A stretch of 5,625 nucleotides of DNA from NCBI GenBank assembly GCA_024275415.1, contig JAJRZD010000065.1, positions 1 to 5,625 of the forward strand, in the 5' to 3' direction. The translations under genes and the position numbers were made by a program. The notes beneath the pieces are model-generated. The model worked only from the letters and a program-made list of their open reading frames with translations. It was not told the origin of the DNA and ran no database searches. Numbering within the stretch: position 1 is the first letter of the stretch; every line of letters starts with the position of its first letter. Below, in pieces: positions 1-4,914 of the stretch. The DNA is from an archaeon (lineage in GTDB: Archaea; Asgardarchaeota; Thorarchaeia; Thorarchaeales; Thorarchaeaceae).

Positions 1-852
1 ACGATTTCACTTTGGAGCAGGAGATTCCCGCAATACTTGATGATTACAGTGATTCCAGTATTACTAGTGTCTGTAATCGAAGTTGTTGTATACTCCTTCC
101 TGTACGGGAGCGATGCCTATCAGTATATAGGTTCAGTAGGTCCAAATCCTTTTACCATGATCGTGAATCTCGTTATGAGCACTGGGAGTTTAGAAGTCAA
201 AGCCATAGTCTTGCTGTTGTCTGTAGTCACAATGGTAATCTATACAATCGTTGCAGGCGCGACCTACAAGTTTGGACTCGATAACTATGGTGCTCCGGAT
301 AGAGGTGAGGTGAGTGAGAGCTTTTCTTTCGCTGCGGGGCGGATTGTGACTCTAATTGCAGTACAGTTCATTGTTAGTGTCATCACAATCCTTCCGGTTC
401 TTCCAGGTCTGCTCCTTATGCTACAGGCAATACTCGCTTTTGACATTAGTGCACTAGTCACTGCGGGAATAGTCGTGTTGTGTGGCGTATTGGTCGCACT
501 CTATATCGGTGTAAGACTTTCAGTTGCAGGTGTCGTTGTGATTGCAGAAGAACAATCAGCAGTTGACTCCATCAAAAGAGCCTACTCGATGTCATCCGGC
601 CAGTTTTGGCACATATTTACAGGACAAATCTTGCTCGGCATTGTTGTGGGAATCATTGCTCTAGTAGTCGGGATACTAGTAGGATTCCCGTTTGGAGTGA
701 TATCAGGTAATGTCATTGTTGCATTGCTAGCTGTTGTGACAGTTAGTGCTCTCGCTGGAATCATCACAATTCCATTGGGCTACATCTTTGCTGTAGTTCT
801 CTACCGAGACCTTCTATCACGAACCAGTGTTGCACAACAACAGTGGTGGTAG
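1..852 (+). CDS. Polytopic membrane protein, 5'-truncated (resembles DUF975 / GDPD-membrane-domain-like integral membrane families)
   Basis: Frame 1 is open from base 1 (TISLWSRRFPQYLMITV...) to TAG 850-852, so the real start lies upstream of the window. About 6 hydrophobic spans. The segment RLSVAGVVVIAEEQSAVDSIKRAYSMSSGQFWHIF resembles the 'RLSL..P.iv.E..g..eal.rSw.lt.G.fW.i' pattern of these families (recalled, not searched). Confidence 0.8.
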   Translation, partial: TISLWSRRFPQYLMITVIPVLLVSVIEVVVYSFLYGSDAYQYIGSVGPNPFTMIVNLVMSTGSLEVKAIVLLLSVVTMVIYTIVAGATYKFGLDNYGAPDRGEVSESFSFAAGRIVTLIAVQFIVSVITILPVLPGLLLMLQAILAFDISALVTAGIVVLCGVLVALYIGVRLSVAGVVVIAEEQSAVDSIKRAYSMSSGQFWHIFTGQILLGIVVGIIALVVGILVGFPFGVISGNVIVALLAVVTVSALAGIITIPLGYIFAVVLYRDLLSRTSVAQQQWW

Positions 853-855
853 AAC

Positions 856-893
856 AAAAGATGGGAGTTCTAAGAACTCCCTTTCTTTTTCTT
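856..893 (+). terminator. Hairpin plus T-tract terminator after the membrane-protein gene, possibly bidirectional
   Basis: Perfect 8-bp inverted repeat GGGAGTTC (863-870) - TAA - GAACTCCC (874-881), followed by TTTCTTTTTCTT (882-893). AAAAG at 856-860 gives a short T-run on the minus strand. It starts 11 nt after the stop codon, between convergent genes. Confidence 0.65.
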
Positions 894-932
894 ATGGCTA
901 TTTATTTAGTTCGTATATCCGATTTGTACTCG

Positions 933-943
933 AAAAATAAGAG
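933..943 (-). terminator. Oligo-T terminator of tRNA-Phe
   Basis: Minus strand reads CTCTTATTTTT immediately after the encoded CCA, typical of archaeal oligo-T termination. Confidence 0.45.
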
Positions 944-1049
944 TGGTGCCGAGGGAGTGAGTTCCACGAAGGGGGAAATCCCCAGTCGATTTGAACACTC
1001 GACGACACGGTCTTCAGCCGTGCGATCTCCCGGGCTAATCTACCTCGGC
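944..1049 (-). tRNA. tRNA-Phe(GAA) with a 29-nt intron in the T-loop (59/60); CCA encoded
   Basis: Minus strand: acceptor GCCGAGG/CCTCGGC, discriminator A, CCA. D-arm GATT-AGCCCGGGA-GATC. Anticodon arm CACGG-CTGAAGA-CCGTG (GAA at 1015-1013, G37). Variable loop TCGTC. T-stem GAGTG/CACTC. Removing 989-961 restores the T-loop TTCAAAT and a 77-nt tRNA. Confidence 0.96.
961..989 (-). other. tRNA intron, position 59/60, bulge-helix-bulge (BHB) motif
   Basis: GAGTG-TTCA-AAT-CGA...TCG-TGGA-ACT-CACTC: exon helix, 4-bp central helix TTCA/TGGA (one G-U), two 3-nt bulges, intron helix CGA/TCG, internal hairpin GGGG-ATTT-CCCC. Cutting after nt 2 of each bulge gives exactly TTCAAAT. Confidence 0.93.
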
Positions 1050-1074
1050 TTGATTTCAATACGATTGCCCTTGT

Positions 1075-1082
1075 AATATAAA
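1075..1082 (-). promoter_or_regulatory. TATA box of tRNA-Phe
   Basis: Minus strand TTTATATT ending about 26 nt upstream of tRNA position 1 (1049), the standard archaeal spacing. Confidence 0.7.
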
Positions 1083-1095
1083 GGTAACGAGCCCA

Positions 1096-1620
1096 TCAGC
1101 GGATTTTGTGTGCCATGTAGCTTGCAACAATAGCGGTCAGTATGGCAGCAACATTCACACCGAGAGGATACACAAGTAACGAATCAAGGAATGACAGTGT
1201 GGCCAACCATGATGGCAGATTCGCAAAGTCCGAGATACCAAATGGCACGAAGTAGAACATCAGGAAAATGCTTGTTGTAAGAGCAACACCTACAAACGCT
1301 GGCATGTCCTCTTTCGACCTAGCGAACTCTGAGAGCTTGGTAATCAAATTCGACTTAGCCTTCTGACGCCTTCTGATCTTTCGCTTCGACATGATGTGTG
1401 CCCAGCGATACATGGCCTCTGCCATGAGCACATATGCACCCGCAAGGACAGCCATCGCTCCCAGTGCGACAATCAATTGCAGTTCCGCACTCAATACTTG
1501 CACGTACTCGGATGCATGCCACATCAGTGGGATCTGAACGAATCCTGCAATCCCAAGGAATATGAGGATAAGTCCTGGCTTACTTCCGCGTTTCCACCAA
1601 ATTGCTAAGCTCATGGTCAT
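1096..1620 (-). CDS. Hypothetical membrane protein (about 4 TM spans, polybasic central loop)
   Basis: 174-aa ORF with two hydrophobic hairpins separated by KRKIRRRQKAK. SD-like AGGTAG directly before ATG. It fills the space between the hydrolase gene and the tRNA promoter. No family recognised. Confidence 0.8.
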   Translation of the reverse strand: MTMSLAIWWKRGSKPGLILIFLGIAGFVQIPLMWHASEYVQVLSAELQLIVALGAMAVLAGAYVLMAEAMYRWAHIMSKRKIRRRQKAKSNLITKLSEFARSKEDMPAFVGVALTTSIFLMFYFVPFGISDFANLPSWLATLSFLDSLLVYPLGVNVAAILTAIVASYMAHKIR

Positions 1621-1660
1621 CTACCTGTCTGAGGCTATCCGCCCAGAAATCCAGTCCGCT

Positions 1661-1672
1661 CTTTAAGCTTTT
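1661..1672 (-). promoter_or_regulatory. Candidate BRE/TATA element for the 1096-1620 gene, overlapping the stop codon of the upstream gene
   Basis: Minus strand AAAAGCTTAAAG about 40 nt upstream of ATG 1620. It resembles purine-rich BRE plus TTAAA. Confidence 0.35.
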
Positions 1673-2766
1673 GGAATGAAAAGTCGATTAGCGACCAACG
1701 CGTACATCAACGGGATATTACGGAGTGCCGGATAGTCAGGCGGAGTTATCGTTGGGAGCCGTGATAGGGCTATCTGGGTCACGAATCCAACATACCCGTG
1801 TGCTTTCGCATAGACGTATGATTCCGCCACGTTCTCAGAGGAAGTTGCATAATCCACTACGAAGACTGTCTTTCCGCGGGACAGATACAGATCCAATCGC
1901 TCTGTGTACCACTCCGTGCTATATCCGTCACTCTCGTTCGAAGGTATCCTGATATCCCCCGAGCCTTGCTCGCCCCAAGGAGTGTCTGCGATGCCATCAA
2001 ATAGAATATGCTCCTGTGCAACCGCATCTATCCGATCGAAGTACTCCTCATGTCCTTCGTAGATAGAAAGTGCATTCTGTGCGATTATCAGAAACTCGGC
2101 GTTCCGCGCCCTGCAATACTGGCGAATCTCACCAATGAAGTCAATCATCTCTTGTTGGGCATTAATCCCCTCTTCAGTAGCAACATCTACCACTGGCCCG
2201 TAGTCATATGCCTCTATCCAGTCCATGTATATCCCGTCAAACCCATCATCTAGGACTTGTTGGATGCTGCTATTGTTACCATAGAGTATGATCTCCTTCC
2301 ATTCGTCATACCAGAACGCGACTGGATAATTTCCTTCCCATCCGTCCGGATCAATCGATACAAGGAACTCCGGCGTACCTCTTTCGGATTCTGTTGGCGC
2401 CACCCACGAACCATTCCAGTACCACCGCCAGTCCTCAGCCTGTCCTATATCGACATACGCAATGACCAACTTTGAATCCAAGTTCGCACCAGAACTGTCA
2501 TGCAATCGCCTCACCATCCCCGCCGTATCAAAGTCTGTTGCATCCCGGTCACTCCGTGTCGGCTCTAGGACAAGGAGGTCGTACTTGGACTCGATGAGCG
2601 CCTCGACCGCGCCATCCTCTTCAAGCCCTTGGATCTGATACGCCCAGAACTCGACATCCTGTATCCCTTCCTGAGCGGTCGGGGTCTGCCTTTGCAGATA
2701 GAGTACCACAACAAAAGAGGTGCTGAAAATGAGGATGGAAATGATGATAGCCGTTCGCCGTCGCAT
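1663..2766 (-). CDS. GH114 / TM1410-MJ1477-family endo-alpha-1,4-polygalactosaminidase-like hydrolase with N-terminal signal or membrane anchor
   Basis: Recognised motifs WAYQIQGL, YDLLVLEP, VIAYVDIGQAEDWRWYW, WEGNYPVAFWYDEW, GFDGIYMDWIEAY, IIAQNA, IDAVAQEH. The candidate catalytic D (YMD) and E (AQE) are present. The N-terminus MRRR plus about 20 hydrophobic residues suggests export. Confidence 0.88.
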   Translation of the reverse strand: MRRRTAIIISILIFSTSFVVVLYLQRQTPTAQEGIQDVEFWAYQIQGLEEDGAVEALIESKYDLLVLEPTRSDRDATDFDTAGMVRRLHDSSGANLDSKLVIAYVDIGQAEDWRWYWNGSWVAPTESERGTPEFLVSIDPDGWEGNYPVAFWYDEWKEIILYGNNSSIQQVLDDGFDGIYMDWIEAYDYGPVVDVATEEGINAQQEMIDFIGEIRQYCRARNAEFLIIAQNALSIYEGHEEYFDRIDAVAQEHILFDGIADTPWGEQGSGDIRIPSNESDGYSTEWYTERLDLYLSRGKTVFVVDYATSSENVAESYVYAKAHGYVGFVTQIALSRLPTITPPDYPALRNIPLMYALVANRLFIPKA

Positions 2767-2805
2767 ATGTGACCTGATACACCATCTGACTCATTTGTCT
2801 TGTGC

Positions 2806-3375
2806 CTATGGTTTCCTGCCTTCAATCGAGAAGGTGTAGCCATTCATTGACAGCCTTTCAACGGAGAATCCCGTATCACTGAGTACCCGCACCAACCGTT
2901 CAGGGGTCTGATCCTGTCGTCCTGCGACCCGAAAGCCGAAGCGCGATGTCGAGCCATCAGGGAATATGAAATCCACCGGAATCGACACTTGACTCTCTTC
3001 ACAGTTTATCAGGCACGCCTTTATTGAGAGGCGAGCTCGCCCCTTCAGCACACGGTACACTTCAGCAAGCACCTTTCGTTTAGCCTCCCAAGTCCGCATG
3101 TACGCCAGCGAGAACCAGATGGTCGCCACATCGAAGGTTTCCTCGGTAAAGCACAGTGCCATCGCGTCACAGGCAAACCAGCTCGCAACCTGAGGGTATA
3201 TCCGCGCCTCCCTGATCTTGTTGATGTTGATATCAACTGCGCAGACGCGTCCCCCCTCCAGTCGTGAAACCAGCCCCTCTCCGCCACCGCCAATGTCAAT
3301 AATCAATCCTTGTCCCCCCACACTTTCAAGCGCGACCTTCTGTAAGGGGATATCGCAAACCTCGCCTTGCTTCAT
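2806..3375 (-). CDS. Class I SAM-dependent methyltransferase (Methyltransf_11-like)
   Basis: Motif I IIDIGGGGEG, then VCAVDIN, CDAMALCFTEETFDVA and EVYRVLK. Start placed at ATG 3375 because GAGTGA (SD-like) lies just upstream. The ORF track's GTG at 3384 is the alternative. Substrate unknown. Confidence 0.88.
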   Translation of the reverse strand: MKQGEVCDIPLQKVALESVGGQGLIIDIGGGGEGLVSRLEGGRVCAVDININKIREARIYPQVASWFACDAMALCFTEETFDVATIWFSLAYMRTWEAKRKVLAEVYRVLKGRARLSIKACLINCEESQVSIPVDFIFPDGSTSRFGFRVAGRQDQTPERLVRVLSDTGFSVERLSMNGYTFSIEGRKP

Positions 3376-3482
3376 TTCTATCACTCTTCAGTCCTTACAG
3401 ATACTGTACGTAGCTGTCGTGGGACTGTCTGCCTCTCTAACCGTGATGTCCGTACACCTAAACATATTTCACTCCGCAATTC

Positions 3483-3488
3483 TTTTAA
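3483..3488 (+). promoter_or_regulatory. Candidate TATA box of tRNA-Ala
   Basis: TTTTAA about 40 nt upstream of mature position 1 (3529), implying a leader of roughly 15 nt. Confidence 0.5.
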
Positions 3489-3549
3489 CCATTCCATCGT
3501 GCAAGACCAATCACACATGTCACACATTGGGCCGGTAGATCAGCCCGGT

Positions 3550-3580
3550 TGTCTTGTCCATTCGTGGGCTCGATAGGGAC
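3550..3580 (+). other. tRNA intron in the D-loop (~20/21), 31 nt, relaxed bulge-helix-loop motif; boundaries uncertain by 1-2 nt
   Basis: The D-stem halves are separated by 40 nt instead of 9. Proposed motif: H CCCG/AGGG (3 of 4 pairs), 5' bulge GTT, intron helix GTC/GAT, 3' bulge ACA facing AG. The product D-loop AGCCCGGTA matches the intron-free AGCCCGGGA of the tRNA-Phe in length and at 8 of 9 bases. Confidence 0.8.
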
Positions 3581-3597
3581 AGATCGCCTCCTTGGCA

Positions 3598-3625
3598 CTT
3601 GTAACGCATAGGCGTACTTCCAAAA
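3598..3625 (+). other. tRNA intron at canonical 37/38, 28 nt
   Basis: CCTCC-TTGG-CAC...CCAA-AAT-GGAGG: perfect central helix TTGG/CCAA and two 3-nt bulges. The intron helix begins with TT/TT mismatches, then GT/AC and ACGC/GCGT. Spliced loop TTGGCAT. Confidence 0.93.
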
Positions 3626-3757
3626 TGGAGGAGGTCCCGAGTTCAAATCTCGGCCGGTCCACCAATTTCTCTATAGGAATTGCATATGATGTCTAAGTTG
3701 TGTCAAAAGACGAGTAGTTGGGAATTATGAGGATTCCAATTCGAGTGACCCGATTAG

Positions 3758-4125
3758 GTGGATATTAACTCGATAGGACAAATTACTACAATATTGAAAG
3801 AAAATTACATACTGCTGGATCTCTTTTTAGTTCATATGACTTTGTCAATGATCGTGGTAGTGGGAACGTTACTAATCATCGGTGGTCTAATAGGTATAGT
3901 TTCTTCTTCTATCTTTAATCGAGTTTCTACGAAACCTTACGATACGAATCTCAAGTATTCACTATTAGTGTCCGTTCTACTTTAATCAGCAGCATTATTG
4001 TATCACAACTATTGTTTGTTTCACCAATAATCATTTTTCAACCTTATATTGGATCCTTGGTTCTTATATGTGCAATAATTGCAAGATACGTTTCGCTAGA
4101 AAAAGAAACTGTAGATAAGCAATGA
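3758..4125 (+). pseudogene. Small membrane-protein gene split by an apparent 1-nt frameshift near 3980 (pseudogene or sequence error)
   Basis: Frame 2 (3758-3985) ends in the middle of a hydrophobic span (SLLVSVLL*). Frame 1 continues LISSIIVSQLLFVSPIIIFQPYIGSLVLICAIIARYVSLEKETVDKQ to TGA 4123-4125. One extra T in CTTTAA would fuse them to about 122 aa. Frame 1 is open from 3919, so the shift could lie earlier. Confidence 0.55.
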
Positions 4126-4130
4126 AGAAA

Positions 4131-4208
4131 CTAGTCGATTCCAGATTGCACTGGTATCATGATAAGAATACCACTTAGGAGTAGCATTACTACAAATATG
4201 TTCATCAT
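4131..4208 (-). CDS. Possible 25-aa hydrophobic mini-protein or gene remnant (MMNIFVVMLLLSGILIMIPVQSGID)
   Basis: C-terminal part of the 4131-4337 ORF. It has an ATGATG start after purine-rich GATGAGAGAAAA and one uninterrupted hydrophobic span. Too short to be sure. Confidence 0.25.
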   Translation of the reverse strand: MMNIFVVMLLLSGILIMIPVQSGID

Positions 4209-4329
4209 TTTTCTCTCATCGCTACCGGAACTCGAAAACTTAGTTTTCTTTTTCCAATACGTAGAAACTTGGCAGAAAGTCTTCCAAAGATATATTGGAC
4301 TATTTCTAGGGACTAGCAGAAAGGACGGT

Positions 4330-4791
4330 TTATGCATTATCGTCTATTTCAGACAGCACAACACTGGTGACGGTTCGTTCAATCCCGTCAATGTTCCTGA
4401 GTTTCGAGATCACGAACTCATTGAGGGCGTCAACGTCTGGGAGGGCAATCCTAACGATGAGGTCGATCTCGCCGGTCACAATGGACACACGCTCAACTTC
4501 AGGGAAGGCATCTATCTGCCTTGCGACCTCATATTGGTCGATTCTATGACTGCTTCCAGTCCTGTACGAGATTGTGCAGAGGATATAGGCAACAAGTCCT
4601 CTACCAATCTTTTTCCTATCAGCAACAATAGTGAATCTTCTGATGACCCCATCGTCCCTCATCCTCTTGATGCGGTTATGGATTGTGGTTTGCGGAATGT
4701 TGAGTATCTTGGACATCTTTCCGGTTGTCATACGGGCATCTTTCTTTAGCAGCGAGAGGATATCAAGATCCTTTTGATCGAGACTAGGCAT
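4330..4791 (-). CDS. Lrp/AsnC-family transcriptional regulator
   Basis: N-terminal HTH LDQKDLDILSLLKKDARM...TIHNRIKRMRDDGVIRRFT and C-terminal RAM domain (VSIVTGEIDLIVRI...IRNIDGIERTVTS-type pattern, here LRNIDGIERTVTS). ATG 4791 gives a typical 153 aa. ATG 4809 is possible. The track's 4872 start adds a non-family extension. Confidence 0.93.
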   Translation of the reverse strand: MPSLDQKDLDILSLLKKDARMTTGKMSKILNIPQTTIHNRIKRMRDDGVIRRFTIVADRKKIGRGLVAYILCTISYRTGSSHRIDQYEVARQIDAFPEVERVSIVTGEIDLIVRIALPDVDALNEFVISKLRNIDGIERTVTSVVLSEIDDNA

Positions 4792-4827
4792 GGTGGAAAA
4801 TAATTCCATTTTGAGTACATTAATCTG

Positions 4828-4841
4828 ACTATCTTGATAGT
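4828..4841. promoter_or_regulatory. Perfect palindrome ACTATC-TT-GATAGT in the Lrp/asnA divergent intergenic region; candidate operator
   Basis: 6-bp inverted repeat with a 2-nt spacer, located between the two divergent starts. Function is inferred. Confidence 0.45.
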
Positions 4842-4914
4842 TTACCCGATTTTTATTGCAAATCTTTTTCATTTCAGGGTCCTACACCATCCATAGCTTG
4901 GAAGATGAATCAGG

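Larger units (their letters stand above)
3529..3664 (+). tRNA. tRNA-Ala(GGC) with two introns (D-loop ~20/21 and canonical 37/38); CCA encoded
   Basis: Acceptor GGGCCGG/CCGGTCC with the G3:U70 alanine identity pair and discriminator A. D-stem GATC/GATC. Anticodon stem CCTCC/GGAGG with GGC at 3594-3596. Variable loop AGGTC. T-arm CCGAG-TTCAAAT-CTCGG. Removing 3550-3580 and 3598-3625 gives 77 nt. Confidence 0.95.

Noticed and set aside
843-1076. 77-aa plus-strand ORF
   Set aside because: It runs through the terminator hairpin and antisense across the whole tRNA-Phe gene, with no protein-like features.
2746-2766. Tat signal in MRRRTAII of the GH114 protein
   Set aside because: It lacks a clear S/T-R-R-x-F-L match, so an ordinary positively charged Sec n-region or anchor is as likely.
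2806-3375. Methyltransferase as a tRNA-modifying enzyme because it is next to a tRNA gene
   Set aside because: Only generic class I motifs are present and there is no RNA-binding domain. Adjacency is not evidence.
3561-3567. Heptamer TTCGTGG shared by the Phe T-loop intron and the Ala D-loop intron (possible intron transposition)
   Set aside because: Only 7 nt match and the rest of the introns do not align, so this is too weak on its own.
12-3576. Track ORFs 12-284, 582-767, 1396-1608, 1725-1952, 2008-2253, 2257-2475, 2565-2843, 3045-3299, 3218-3538, 3367-3576
   Set aside because: All are off-frame or antisense shadows of better-supported genes or overlap the tRNA-Ala gene. None has recognisable motifs.
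3550-3580. Nested or recursive splicing within the D-loop intron
   Set aside because: I tried inner BHB registers (GTCC/GGAC, TGTC/GACA, CCCG/TGGG). None gave two valid bulges plus a product that could form a second motif.
3980-3985. CTT-TAA resembling the prfB +1 frameshift site
   Set aside because: The +1 frame gives FNQQHYC..., which is not a plausible continuation. The hydrophobic continuation is in the -1 frame.
4044-4133. Pyrrolysine-type TAG read-through of the mini-ORF
   Set aside because: Read-through adds only about 28 nondescript residues, antisense to the better frame-1 membrane segment. No pyl context is visible.
4792-4872. N-terminal extension of the Lrp ORF (180-aa version)
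   Set aside because: The first 21-27 codons have no family resemblance and cover the AT-rich divergent promoter region and the palindrome.
4856-4872. TTGCAAATCTTTTTCAT as an Ss-LrpB- or FL11-like box
   Set aside because: The half-sites resemble those consensus sequences, but the symmetry is poor and the spacing is off. It is plausible by chance in AT-rich DNA.
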